DNA of 64,000 nucleotides from Candidatus Bathyarchaeia archaeon (GCA_038883655.1 JAVZLQ010000004.1:128001-192000), one strand, 5' to 3'; shown: positions 19,185 through 28,799, counted from the first letter of the stretch. Numbers and translations are program-made. Notes: a model not told the origin generated them from the sequence alone.

Positions 19185-22100
19185 TTGTTAAAAAAGCAGC
19201 TGCCACTGTTGATCTTCTTTGCTTTATTAATTATGTCTTCATATCATGTTATTCCTGTTGGAGCTGCGCCCTGTGCTATCCTTAAGGTTTCTCTGCCTGA
19301 TGGCGTTTATCATGGTGTTGATGTTGACCCTTGGCTGAATGAAAGTTATGTTTTGAGTCTTACGGGTGCTGTTCAGACTTTTGTTGTTAGAATAAATAAT
19401 ACGAGTGCGTCGTTGAGGTCTTATGATACTCGTTTGGTTATTGCGCTTAACGATGCTGGATATAATAACCTTTTGTCGCTTGTTGTAAATGGCACGAGTG
19501 TGCCTAAGTCTGCCTTTAAGTGTGGCACGCCCAAGCCGTATAATAAGTGGACTTGGCCTTCCGGCGATGTTTACCCAACATGGTTTAACGATACATGCGT
19601 TAATGTCGGTACGATTGGAAAGAAGAGCTATGTGGACTTGGTTGTTTCCGTCAATTTTTCTGATCCTAGCGGCGCGAGGATGCATTTTGACGCTTATGGG
19701 AAGACAGTCACATATTCTCCGCCGAGTGATGGTTATATAACACATAACCCGCTTTCTGAAGATTCCACGGTTCTCTTTCAGGCTGGTCCCCCACCTCAAC
19801 AGCCACCATTCGCTAGCTTCACGTTTACGCCAACATATCCAGAAGCTAACCAAGTTGTTACTTTTGATGCTTCTGGCAGCTATGACCCAGACGGGCAAAT
19901 TGTAAGTTATGCTTGGGATTTTGGAGACGGCACACCAATTGTTGTTGAAAATGACCCAACAACCTATCATACCTACACTTCTTTTGGAGACTACATTGTC
20001 AGGTTAACAGTCACGGATGACGATGGCTTGACAGACGAGGAAACCGCTGTAGTCCACGTTAGTCAACATCCGATTGCAGCCTTCACGTTTTCGCCGCCAG
20101 ACCCACTCGTTCACGAAGTTGTGACTTTTGATGCATCAGCGTCAAGTCCAGACGGAGGCGTAATAGTAAGTTACACATGGGATTTCGGCGACGGCAACAT
20201 CACAACTGTTTCAGAACCAATAATTACGCATGCATATGAAGCTTGGGGAAAATACACGGTTACGTTGAACGTTACGGACAGCGAAGGAAAATGGGACACT
20301 GAAACCAAAGAAATAACAGTTGAGAACGCGCCAGTAGCGGACTTCACCTGGGACCCGTACCTTCCACAAAGAGGCGAAACGGTCACTTTCAACGCTTCAA
20401 TATCTTCCCCAGATGGTGGCGTAATTATAAGTTATGCTTGGGATTTTGGAGACGGCACACCCATGATTGAGGAAAACGACCCAATCGTAACACATGTCTA
20501 TGCAATAGCAGGCGACTACCTGGTCACATTAAATGTCACGGACAGCGAGGGCAGATGGGACACGGAAACAAAAACAATAAGGGTTGCTCCTGTCGCGTAT
20601 TATTTGGAAGTTAAGACGGACCCAGAAGGCATAACGACAATTCCAGGCGAAAACTGGTATGACGAAGGTGCAGAGGTTACGTTAACTGCGCCGGAAATTG
20701 TGCCGATCTCGGATGGTGCGCGTTATAGGTTTAGCTATTGGGATGTTGATGGTATACCGCAGGGAATAGGCGTAAACCAAATAACCGTTTTAATGAATGC
20801 TAATCACGTAGCCACCGCCCACTACATAACTGAGTATTACTTGACTGTTTCCTCTCCCTTCGGCATTGTGGGCGGCGAAGGATGGTACCAAACCGGAGCA
20901 ACAGCCTACGCAACACTAAGCACGGGCATCGTTGACCACGGAAACGGAACGCGAAGAGTCTTCATAAACTGGGGTGGAGACGCTTCAGGGACAAACTATG
21001 CCCAAAGCAACCCAATAGTCATGGATGGTCCGAAAACGGCGATAGCAAACTGGAAGACGCAATATTATCTTGAATTGCAAGCAAATCCGCCTGGTGTGAC
21101 CGCACCCTCAGGTACAGGATGGTATGATGCGGAAACATACGCTCCAATATCTACTCTCGAATATGTTCCAGGAGGATCGCGTTACCGCTTTGTAAGTTGG
21201 ACCACCGCCAACATGGCTGAAATAACTGATCCGTACTCGCCTTCAACAACAGTTCTTGTTGACGAGCCAAAGACTGTGACTGCAAATTATGTACATCAGT
21301 ATCAAGTCACTTTCGCGCAGACTGGTCTGGACGGGGATGCAAGCGGGACAGTAGTAACGGTTAACGACACCGCGTTAACGTATTCCAACTTGCCCTATAG
21401 CATTTGGGTTGACGAAAACAGCATAATACTCTACTCTTATGGAGGCACCATTTCAAGCACCGTTTCCGGCAAAAAATTCGTGCTTACAGGCATCACTGGT
21501 CCTTCTTCGCCAATAACCGTAACAGCAGACACAACAGTAACCGGAAACTACAAGACCCAATATTACCTTGAAGTTTCATCCGCATATGGTTCTCCTTCTC
21601 CCACGTCTGGGTGGTATGACGCTGGAAGCGGTATAACCGCCACTGTTAACTCACCGGTTTCTGGTCCTACTGGAACAAGATACGTTTGCACTGGTTGGAG
21701 TGGAGCAGGCAGCGTTCCACCATCTGGAATGGGCACAAGTGTAACTTTCACGTTGAATGCGCCATCAAGCATAACATGGAACTGGAAGACACAATACCTA
21801 TTAACGGTTGTCACGGATCCGCCAGGCTTAACACCGCAGCCAGCAAGAAATCCGACTGGCGAAGCAGGCCCGGCCAACAGCTGGTGGTATGACGCTGGCA
21901 CAAGCGTTATGTTGACAGCTCAGACCGTGACGGGTTACACTTTCAGCTACTGGGATGTTGACGGCGCTTCTCAGGGGAGTGGAGTAAACCCAATAACTGT
22001 TGTCGTGAATGCTCCGAAAACGGCGACAGCTCACTACACAGTGCAAGTAATAACTTACACGCTTAAAATTGAAACAACTACTGGCGGCACAACAAACCCA

Positions 22101-22661
22101 ACACCGGGAACATACACTTACGCAGCTGGTTCGCAAGTTCAAGTTACTGCCATCCCAAGCAGTGGCTACGTTTTCGACCATTGGGAACTTAATGGCACAA
22201 ACGTGGGAACAGCCACAACATACACCGTAACGATGAACAACAACTACATCTTAAAAGCTATCTTCAGGCAAATCCCGCCACTAACAGTTTCGATAAGCCC
22301 GATGTCAGCCTCAATGCTGGTTGGGCAACAAGTAACATTCACGTCAAACGTTACAGGTGGAACAGCGCCCTACACCTACCAATGGTACTTAAACGACGCT
22401 GCGGTTCCAAGCGCCAATGGAACAAGCTGGACATTTAAGCCTACAGCGGCAGGCATATACTACGTGTATTTGAAGGTTGTGGACGCTGGCGGTAATATAG
22501 CTCAATCTGGTGTCGCAAGAATAGAGGCTGCATCAGTCCCTGTTGGCGGCTACTCTGTTTCGTTGGCTAAAACGCCTCAAATAAAGCCATTGGCAGCATA
22601 CGTATCAGTTTTATACCTATTCGGAGCAATTTTAAGCCTAACAAAGCGCAAAAGAAAATAG
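19185..22661 (+). CDS. Surface protein with 3 PKD domains, multiple beta-grasp/InlB-B-like repeats and a C-terminal PVGG-TM-basic anchor
   Basis: Three SY(A/T)WDFGDG PKD motifs; repeated YYLxV..GWYD/W; ends VPVGGYSV..TM..KRKRK. Confidence 0.82.
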   Translation: MLKKQLPLLIFFALLIMSSYHVIPVGAAPCAILKVSLPDGVYHGVDVDPWLNESYVLSLTGAVQTFVVRINNTSASLRSYDTRLVIALNDAGYNNLLSLVVNGTSVPKSAFKCGTPKPYNKWTWPSGDVYPTWFNDTCVNVGTIGKKSYVDLVVSVNFSDPSGARMHFDAYGKTVTYSPPSDGYITHNPLSEDSTVLFQAGPPPQQPPFASFTFTPTYPEANQVVTFDASGSYDPDGQIVSYAWDFGDGTPIVVENDPTTYHTYTSFGDYIVRLTVTDDDGLTDEETAVVHVSQHPIAAFTFSPPDPLVHEVVTFDASASSPDGGVIVSYTWDFGDGNITTVSEPIITHAYEAWGKYTVTLNVTDSEGKWDTETKEITVENAPVADFTWDPYLPQRGETVTFNASISSPDGGVIISYAWDFGDGTPMIEENDPIVTHVYAIAGDYLVTLNVTDSEGRWDTETKTIRVAPVAYYLEVKTDPEGITTIPGENWYDEGAEVTLTAPEIVPISDGARYRFSYWDVDGIPQGIGVNQITVLMNANHVATAHYITEYYLTVSSPFGIVGGEGWYQTGATAYATLSTGIVDHGNGTRRVFINWGGDASGTNYAQSNPIVMDGPKTAIANWKTQYYLELQANPPGVTAPSGTGWYDAETYAPISTLEYVPGGSRYRFVSWTTANMAEITDPYSPSTTVLVDEPKTVTANYVHQYQVTFAQTGLDGDASGTVVTVNDTALTYSNLPYSIWVDENSIILYSYGGTISSTVSGKKFVLTGITGPSSPITVTADTTVTGNYKTQYYLEVSSAYGSPSPTSGWYDAGSGITATVNSPVSGPTGTRYVCTGWSGAGSVPPSGMGTSVTFTLNAPSSITWNWKTQYLLTVVTDPPGLTPQPARNPTGEAGPANSWWYDAGTSVMLTAQTVTGYTFSYWDVDGASQGSGVNPITVVVNAPKTATAHYTVQVITYTLKIETTTGGTTNPTPGTYTYAAGSQVQVTAIPSSGYVFDHWELNGTNVGTATTYTVTMNNNYILKAIFRQIPPLTVSISPMSASMLVGQQVTFTSNVTGGTAPYTYQWYLNDAAVPSANGTSWTFKPTAAGIYYVYLKVVDAGGNIAQSGVARIEAASVPVGGYSVSLAKTPQIKPLAAYVSVLYLFGAILSLTKRKRK

Positions 22662-22712
22662 GGCTTTCTTCTCTTCTGAATTTTGTTCCATGCATCCCAA
22701 CGTGGAGTGTCG

Positions 22713-23666
22713 ATGGTTAAAAAGAAAGGTAAAATTTCGGATGTAAAGAGGCGATATACAACACGAAGGTTGGCAGCGCTCTCACTACTTTTAACCACCA
22801 TAATAATTTCAGCTTTTCTCATATTCCATTTCTTTTTCTGGACAAGCGAGGTAAAATTTTCCTTTAAAGCAGCGATAGTTGACCAGTTAGGAAGCGCTTT
22901 TGAAAGTCAAAACTTTGTCGAAAACGTAATAAATATTCTACGACAACACAATTTCACGGTTATGCATAATCGAAGCGCGGAAATAACAGTGAATTTTTAT
23001 AAGAACCTTCCTAAATCCAATCCCGGCATAATACTTTTCAGAGTGCACTCAGCAATAAGAAGCAACACAAACTTTGTGGACTTTTTCACTTCAGAGTGTT
23101 ACCAAAGTGGAATATACGGAGAGTATGGCGACGCTTTAAGCGTTGCTTGGCTTCCATGGGAACCCCCGGGCAAATACTATTTTGCAATTGGCCCAAAATT
23201 TGTAAAGTTTATGGATGGCATTTTTCCAAAAAGCGTCGTTATTGCCATGGGTTGTAGTAGCTTAAATGGCACTACGATGGCTCAAGCCTTCATTGATAAA
23301 GGCGCTAAACTATACATCGGATGGACTGATAGCGTTGCCATTGAGGATTCAGATTATTCGACGCTTAAACTTTTAGAACTGCTCTTTGTACAGAATAAAA
23401 CCATTAAGGATGCAATTGACCAGTGTAATAGCCTTTGGTTTCAGTATCCTGGACGTCTTGACTATTTTCCAAAAGGAGCAGAAGTAGATAACAAGAAAAT
23501 TTGGAACTTGATTCTTGATTCTAATTTTCATCAATTTAGTTCGCTAAAATTTGAGGATTTAACATTTCTAACGTTTGTGCCGTTTAGAATTGAAGGAACG
23601 CCTATTAAGAGGTCTCAATTGTCTTTTCGTAATGTTTGGCGACAACGCTATAAATGTGCGATCTAA
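22713..23666 (+). CDS. Membrane-anchored protein with possible caspase/gingipain-like (clan CD) His-Cys dyad
   Basis: ORF 22683..23666, likely ATG 22713; N-terminal TM; LFRVHS ... IAMGCSS ... AFIDKGAKLYIGW. Confidence 0.5.
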   Translation: MVKKKGKISDVKRRYTTRRLAALSLLLTTIIISAFLIFHFFFWTSEVKFSFKAAIVDQLGSAFESQNFVENVINILRQHNFTVMHNRSAEITVNFYKNLPKSNPGIILFRVHSAIRSNTNFVDFFTSECYQSGIYGEYGDALSVAWLPWEPPGKYYFAIGPKFVKFMDGIFPKSVVIAMGCSSLNGTTMAQAFIDKGAKLYIGWTDSVAIEDSDYSTLKLLELLFVQNKTIKDAIDQCNSLWFQYPGRLDYFPKGAEVDNKKIWNLILDSNFHQFSSLKFEDLTFLTFVPFRIEGTPIKRSQLSFRNVWRQRYKCAI

Positions 23667-23946
23667 GGATATCTCCAGAATATTTTAGGTCTCGAATATT
23701 TTTTATTGCATCTGCTAATTCCTTGTCTTCTATGACTTCGTTAATCCATTTTTCGAAGTCCCCTCTGTAAAGGTGAAATTCTAGCGATTTCACGTCGACT
23801 TCGTTTATTTTTTCCAGAAACTCTTTGAGGGAGCATGCGCTTATGCCAGTGTAGTTTCCTATTGATGTGAAGAAGTAGAAGGCTTTCTCCCTTGGAACGG
23901 TTCTCAGGATTTTTGATGTTTCTGTTTTCATGGCGTTTCTCTCCAT
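23605..23946 (-). CDS. DUF5752-like small protein
   Basis: AFYF..G.YTG..A.SL.EF...SLEFHL.RGDFEKWI..VI.D.ELA pattern. Confidence 0.75.
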   Translation of the reverse strand: MERNAMKTETSKILRTVPREKAFYFFTSIGNYTGISACSLKEFLEKINEVDVKSLEFHLYRGDFEKWINEVIEDKELADAIKNIRDLKYSGDILRSHIYSVVAKHYEKTIETS

Positions 23947-23951
23947 TATTA

Positions 23952-24467
23952 TTATGTGTTCTTTTTATAAGTGTTAACCTTTGTGGGGTCATTGACCATT
24001 AAAAAGGGGGTTTCCTTAAACTTTTTTGTCACTATTGAAGTGCGAACTCTTAAAACTCCTTGTAGTGGCGCGACTGAGCGCGCAATGAACTCGTGGAGGC
24101 TTTCCTGGTTTTCTGCTATTACTTTTGCAATTATTTGGAGTTCTTCTGAGAGGGATGAGTAGACTTCTAGGACTTGTGGTGATTGGCAGAGTTTTTCGGC
24201 AACTTTTTCGCTTTCTTTCGGGTCTGTGTAAATGGTCATTAATGCTGTAACATTTTTGTTTCCAATTTTCTCCGAGTCTATTATTGTCGTGTACCTCTTT
24301 ATTATACCGTGATTTTCCATTTTCTTGATTCTGTCATAGACTGTGGAGTGAGCTATTCCTAGAAGTTTGCCAATCTCTGTGTAGGTTTGCCTTGCATTTT
24401 CTTGTAAGGCTTGCAAAATTTTGAAGTCTGTAGAATCCAATGTGAAGGAGTTGCTTTTCTGGTTCAA
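23952..24467 (-). CDS. Lrp/AsnC family transcriptional regulator
   Basis: LDSTDFKILQALQENAR..TEIGKLLG..STVYDRIKKME..GII HTH plus RAM domain. Confidence 0.92.
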   Translation of the reverse strand: MNQKSNSFTLDSTDFKILQALQENARQTYTEIGKLLGIAHSTVYDRIKKMENHGIIKRYTTIIDSEKIGNKNVTALMTIYTDPKESEKVAEKLCQSPQVLEVYSSLSEELQIIAKVIAENQESLHEFIARSVAPLQGVLRVRTSIVTKKFKETPFLMVNDPTKVNTYKKNT

Positions 24468-24690
24468 AGAGTCTTCCCTTTTCGTGGAGTTGTCTGCGTT
24501 GGATTTATGGTTTATTGCCGTAAAAATGTAGAAAATGCGCCTTTTTTCCTTTAATTTTTCGCTTTCAGGCTTTCCGAAAAAAATGTAGCGTCTATAGTTT
24601 ATTATCTACAAAATTTCAATTTTCAGCGTTGTTTTCCTTCATTTTTTCAAAGTAAATAGATAAATAAGTTTAAATTTGTGTCTGATTTAA

Positions 24691-24705
24691 TAGAATATTG
24701 TTCTA
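24691..24705 (+). promoter_or_regulatory. Palindrome TAGAA-N5-TTCTA in Lrp-divergent intergenic region
   Basis: TAGAATATTGTTCTA lies downstream of TTTAAAT (24669), near the expected start site of ORF 24741. Confidence 0.5.
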
Positions 24706-24740
24706 GAAGATTCTAACATCGTAGAGGTCGAGATTGAGAA

Positions 24741-25229
24741 ATGAAAATGCCTAAAGTCTGGGAAATTTTGGAAAAGTTTAAAAGTTTATGTAGGCTTCGC
24801 GGTTGGAGGGCTTCTGAGAATGAGGATTTAATTAAGGTTGGTAATGAATACCATAATTTCTTATATGCAAGGGATATTCATCCGTCGTCGTTTAGAAAGA
24901 TTGCTTCGAATAGAAAATGTGCAGTCAAGGAAGGTTTGTCTTACACGATTGTTGAAGCTGCTTACACGGCTTGGCTTTTTCTAGAACCCCCTTCAAAAGC
25001 GCTTTTGAGGGATATCCTTGAAAACCCAGAATTTGCCGAGCACATCGCAGTTTACGACTTAAGCTCATTGTTGGAGGGGAAAAACTTTTGTGCAAAAATA
25101 AATGAAACACAGAGTCCTGTTTTCCAAGAGTTTGAGAACTTCCTTGAGAAGGAATTGGATATCAAGTTTGGGGTTATCACACTTTCGGGTAGTCACGTGT
25201 TGCTAAATGATGCAGCTGTTGAAGGTTAA
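24741..25229 (+). CDS. Hypothetical protein
   Basis: 162 aa ORF with SD-like GAGG and TATA upstream. Confidence 0.65.
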   Translation: MKMPKVWEILEKFKSLCRLRGWRASENEDLIKVGNEYHNFLYARDIHPSSFRKIASNRKCAVKEGLSYTIVEAAYTAWLFLEPPSKALLRDILENPEFAEHIAVYDLSSLLEGKNFCAKINETQSPVFQEFENFLEKELDIKFGVITLSGSHVLLNDAAVEG

Positions 25230-25297
25230 AGGCTTAATCATGTAATTTCAAAGGTTTGATAAGGGTGAATGCTTAAAGTATATTCTGTGAAGCCGAT

Positions 25298-25870
25298 ATG
25301 TCGCAGGATGCTGAAAAGATAAAGAGGCTTGTCGAATTTAAAGAGAAACTTGAGAAAAAGATCGAGCAGCTCAAGTCTGAACTTGAAGAGTTGCAGGCAA
25401 CACTTGAACTTGTAAAATCAATGCTGCTTGAGAAAGGGTTTAAACGCGCAGAGATAACCGTGAAAACAGAAGCTGAAGCAGCAACGCCACCGCCCACACC
25501 AACAACCACGTACGAAAGTGTAGTTCAGTTAAAGGCTATGTCTGGGGAGTTGCTTGCCACGCTTTATTTAGGCGAAGGCTTTTTACGTGTTGTGCCAGCT
25601 GAAGATAAAAGCTTCAATGTTAACACACCGCCGTTTAACTCCTTTCTTGTTGAAAGAGTTTTAATGAAGATGCAGGAAAAGGATTTAGAGTTGGCAAGGG
25701 CTGGACAATTACCACCAGAAAAGGTTTTTTCATATAACATTGTTAAGGATGGTGATGTTTTCCGCGAAATTTACGTAAAGAATGTTGACGAGGATCGTTT
25801 GAGAGAACTAAAATCGAGCATTCGCTGGACTTTGGAGAAGATGTATGAAAAAATGAGGGGGCAAAGCTAA
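25298..25870 (+). CDS. Hypothetical protein with N-terminal coiled coil
   Basis: Coiled coil, Pro/Thr linker, globular domain ending LKSSIRWTLEKM. Confidence 0.75.
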   Translation: MSQDAEKIKRLVEFKEKLEKKIEQLKSELEELQATLELVKSMLLEKGFKRAEITVKTEAEAATPPPTPTTTYESVVQLKAMSGELLATLYLGEGFLRVVPAEDKSFNVNTPPFNSFLVERVLMKMQEKDLELARAGQLPPEKVFSYNIVKDGDVFREIYVKNVDEDRLRELKSSIRWTLEKMYEKMRGQS

Positions 25871-25875
25871 ATCGT

Positions 25876-26436
25876 TCAACGTCTGTCAAAATATATGTTT
25901 TTGCCCTTTGCAGATATCGGGATTCCCATGATGACCGTTGCCTCAGGAAGCATTTTTAACCTTAAGGCGGCTGTGCCTATACGGTACATTATGCGGTTGT
26001 CAACGTTTAATATACTTGCAGTTTTAACCGCTGAGCCTAGGGCTATTCCAAGGTCTAAGGCTTTGAAGATGCAGTTTGGTCCGTAAAAGTCTTGTCCAAG
26101 TTTTTTCTCTTTTTCTTCGAATTCCTTGCAATTCTTGCTGCCGCACGCGCTACAGTTTATCCCAACGCTTTTGTTTCCTCTAACGCCAATCAAAATGACT
26201 GCTTCTGAATCTCTGACGTTTTTTGCGTCTCTTTTGAAGCCTTCAATTTTTCTTTCTTCAGCTATTTTCTCCATCATTTCAGCTATGGCTTCTTTTTCTC
26301 CATCATAAACTATGCATGTTAATATGTCGTCCAAGCCCGCTGTTTTCGGGGCGGTTCTTGCAGCCACTAACATCAGCTTAGCTGCTTCGAGAAGCGCTTC
26401 GCGTTCACCTTCTATACTTTCAATTTTTGGACACAT
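25876..26436 (-). CDS. DUF2148 / ferredoxin-like nitroreductase-fold protein
   Basis: AARTAPK, NCSACGSKNC, DLGIALGSA..VDNRIMY.IG. Confidence 0.85.
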   Translation of the reverse strand: MCPKIESIEGEREALLEAAKLMLVAARTAPKTAGLDDILTCIVYDGEKEAIAEMMEKIAEERKIEGFKRDAKNVRDSEAVILIGVRGNKSVGINCSACGSKNCKEFEEKEKKLGQDFYGPNCIFKALDLGIALGSAVKTASILNVDNRIMYRIGTAALRLKMLPEATVIMGIPISAKGKNIYFDRR

Positions 26437-26500
26437 TGTGCATCACACGCTTGTCAGCGATTATGCATTTATGCTTAGTTGGTTTGGTTTTAAACCTTTT

Positions 26501-26635
26501 CTAGAATGGTCTAAAAATGCTTTTTAAAAGTTCGATTAACTTATTCAGTTGTCCTGTATAAATGCCTATTGCAAAAAATGAGAAACCGAGCAGCAAAAGC
26601 AGTGCGCCCATTATTCGTTTTTCCTCGATGTCCAT
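26501..26635 (-). CDS. Small single-TM protein (44 aa), absent from ORF track
   Basis: MDIEEKRIMGALLLLLGFSFFAIGIYTGQLNKLIELLKSIFRPF*; GAGGT SD overlapping the trx stop. Confidence 0.6.
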   Translation of the reverse strand: MDIEEKRIMGALLLLLGFSFFAIGIYTGQLNKLIELLKSIFRPF

Positions 26636-26640
26636 AGCCT

Positions 26641-26967
26641 TTACCTCAAGTGCTTGTTTATGACTGCTTCGATGTGGTTTTTTGGGACGAGTCCAACGAT
26701 TCTGTCAACTTCTTTCCCATTCTTTATAAGTACCAAAGTTGGTATGCTAAAAACTTGGAAGCGCTCTGCCGTCTGTGGGTTCTCATCAACGTTTAACTTT
26801 CCAACAAAAATTTTGCCAGAGTATTCTCTACATAATTCATCAATTGTTGGAGCAAGGGCTCGGCATGGACCACACCATGGAGCCCAAAAGTCTATTAGGG
26901 CTAAAGTGTTTTTGTTGATTACACTATCAAAGTTTGAATCTGTTAGGTGTACTGGTTCTGCTGGCAT
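26641..26967 (-). CDS. trxA: Thioredoxin
   Basis: DFWAPWCGPC, SIPT. Confidence 0.95.
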   Translation of the reverse strand: MPAEPVHLTDSNFDSVINKNTLALIDFWAPWCGPCRALAPTIDELCREYSGKIFVGKLNVDENPQTAERFQVFSIPTLVLIKNGKEVDRIVGLVPKNHIEAVINKHLR

Positions 26968-27080
26968 TTTTCTTTCTCCTTTTGGACTTTCATTAACTCT
27001 TGAAGTTTCTTTACGCGTATGTGTTCAAGTTCTTTATCTTCGTCTGATATAAATTGTTCGCGCTTTCTGCTCATGTCCTT

Positions 27081-27518
27081 TCATCTGCTGCCTTTTAACT
27101 TATTCTGAAGAGCCTTAAACTTTGCGTAGGTTCCTTTTGGACTTTTCAGTTTATCTGCAAGTTTTTCGAATGGACAAATCTCGGTCTTGTTTGGAGCCAA
27201 AATTTTTTCAACAAGCCTTTCCCATTCATGCTGAATCGAGTATTTTTGCAGAATCTTCACGGCTTTTTCGCTTAATATGGTTGCGTAAACGGCTTTAACA
27301 TTTGCATCAACGCATAATAGGGCTATTGCCTTTCCAACAACCTTATCTGCAACAGAGCCCCCATTAAGTTTTTCTCCAAACTTTTCCATGGCTTCTAGGA
27401 AACCAGAAATCCCGTGAGATGTAGTTTCAAAAATTACTTTACCACTTTTTACTATTGAAAGCGTCAAACCCCTCCGCTTTAGCCTTCTTTTGGCTATTTC
27501 TAAATCACTGTTTTCCAT
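27081..27518 (-). CDS. DUF1893 / TM1506-like protein
   Basis: VADKVVGKA..A...CPFE pattern. Confidence 0.8.
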   Translation of the reverse strand: MENSDLEIAKRRLKRRGLTLSIVKSGKVIFETTSHGISGFLEAMEKFGEKLNGGSVADKVVGKAIALLCVDANVKAVYATILSEKAVKILQKYSIQHEWERLVEKILAPNKTEICPFEKLADKLKSPKGTYAKFKALQNKLKGSR

Positions 27519-27531
27519 TTTAGGTTTAAAA

Positions 27532-27972
27532 TTATTCTAAACTATTTATTGCTTTTTTTACATTGAATATTTCGTCTTCAAGGGCGTATGCCACTTTCTG
27601 CGCCAAATCTTCGTTCGCTATTCCCTGCGAGAGCTTTTGTTTCAGCTCTTCTACCAGTTTGGGCTTCACATGAATTTTTATGGATTTTCGGAATTTCTGC
27701 GATTTAAAATGGGCCACAATTTCCTTTTCAGATCCCTCTATTGATAGCTTTCCGTTTCCAACAGTACATTGGGTTGACGCTTGAATTCCATCGATGATGC
27801 ATGAGAGAGGCGTAACCATAGGAACTTTAATAAGCACTTTCATCTCGCCTTTCAACATTTTCTTCGCATATTCGCCCATCCTAACTCCAATAACCAAGAA
27901 TGGACCTAAATGTCCATGAAGTTCCCGTGCCTTTTCTATAACGGAATCGGGTTTATCGCTTGTTTTAGGCAT
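27532..27972 (-). CDS. fmdE: FmdE family protein
   Basis: LHGHLGPFLVIGVRMG, SCIIDGIQASTQCTVGNG. Confidence 0.85.
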   Translation of the reverse strand: MPKTSDKPDSVIEKARELHGHLGPFLVIGVRMGEYAKKMLKGEMKVLIKVPMVTPLSCIIDGIQASTQCTVGNGKLSIEGSEKEIVAHFKSQKFRKSIKIHVKPKLVEELKQKLSQGIANEDLAQKVAYALEDEIFNVKKAINSLE

Positions 27973-28528
27973 TTATGATTCTCCTTATGTTTGCCTTTTC
28001 TAAGGCGCCTATAACCGGCAATGTTATAGCTAAGCTTAGTATTCCTCCTAGCAGGTGGAGTGCTCCCCAGAATGTAAGCGCCCACTCTATTGTTGCCCAC
28101 TCCAAAGTTTTGTTGCTGAAGAAGATGCCAATTATTGCTCCAGCGAAGTAGGCGGATATTATTGTCGCAAAAATTGTTGTGACTATGTGTCTTGGTTTTA
28201 AACAAATTTTATGTTTGCTAGCAAACATTAGCATGTCGAACAGTATTGCTGATAATGCAAAGCCTATCATGTGTGGCGAAGGTCTCAGCATCAGCACTAT
28301 TATTGCGCCTATTACGCCAACCATGGATGCTGTTCCAAATTTGCCAGTAGCCCAAGTCGTTAATAAAAGCGTGAAGAAAACCGAAAAATCGCATAGTATT
28401 GGGAGCCTCCACAACTGGAAGCCCATTGGACCAACATTTAAGTTGAGAACCGTCCATAACGCACAGAAAAAGCCCACCAACGCTATGTCTTGCGCTGTGA
28501 GGCGCCTTTTATCATGCACTTTTTTCAC
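27965..28528 (-). CDS. Integral membrane protein, ECF S-component-like
   Basis: ~6 TM helices; DIALVGFFCAL N-terminus, GKFGTA. Confidence 0.6.
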   Translation of the reverse strand: MKKVHDKRRLTAQDIALVGFFCALWTVLNLNVGPMGFQLWRLPILCDFSVFFTLLLTTWATGKFGTASMVGVIGAIIVLMLRPSPHMIGFALSAILFDMLMFASKHKICLKPRHIVTTIFATIISAYFAGAIIGIFFSNKTLEWATIEWALTFWGALHLLGGILSLAITLPVIGALEKANIRRIINA

Positions 28529-28799
28529 CGTTGGGCTTCGTTACCGCCAACCCTATAGTGTAGGCTGTCATCAGCACAAGGAAGAAGCCGCAGATTCCAG
28601 CCAACAATGTTGAGGCATACTGGTTTTCTATCGTTGGCAGCGTGTAGTCTGGCATTAAACCGTTCCAGTATGGCTCACCTTCTTCTATTTGGAAGGTTTT
28701 AACAACAGTTTCTAAGCCGTCTGGGAATTCTGAGGCGAATGGTATAAGCACCACCAAACAAACCAATATTATGATTAGGGCTTTAAGGCAGCCTCGCAT
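28512..28799 (-). CDS. PDGLE-domain nickel/cobalt transport component (NikN-like)
   Basis: PFASEFPDGLE, PDY motifs, two TM. Confidence 0.85.
   Translation of the reverse strand: MRGCLKALIIILVCLVVLIPFASEFPDGLETVVKTFQIEEGEPYWNGLMPDYTLPTIENQYASTLLAGICGFFLVLMTAYTIGLAVTKPNGEKSA

Noticed and set aside
19903-20461. Identical 34-bp stretch at 19903-19936 and 20428-20461
   Set aside because: Encodes the conserved SYAWDFGDGT core of tandem PKD domains; ordinary domain duplication
3712-22661. Classical cellulosome interpretation
   Set aside because: No recognisable glycoside hydrolase or CBM3 motifs among the dockerin-bearing proteins in this window
3712-22661. Diversity-generating retroelement explaining the repeated modules
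   Set aside because: No reverse transcriptase in the window, and differences between copies are not confined to adenines
24701-24713. TTCnnGAAnnTTC resembling a eukaryotic heat-shock element
   Set aside because: No HSF-like gene in the window; explained by overlapping TAGAA/TTCTA half-sites
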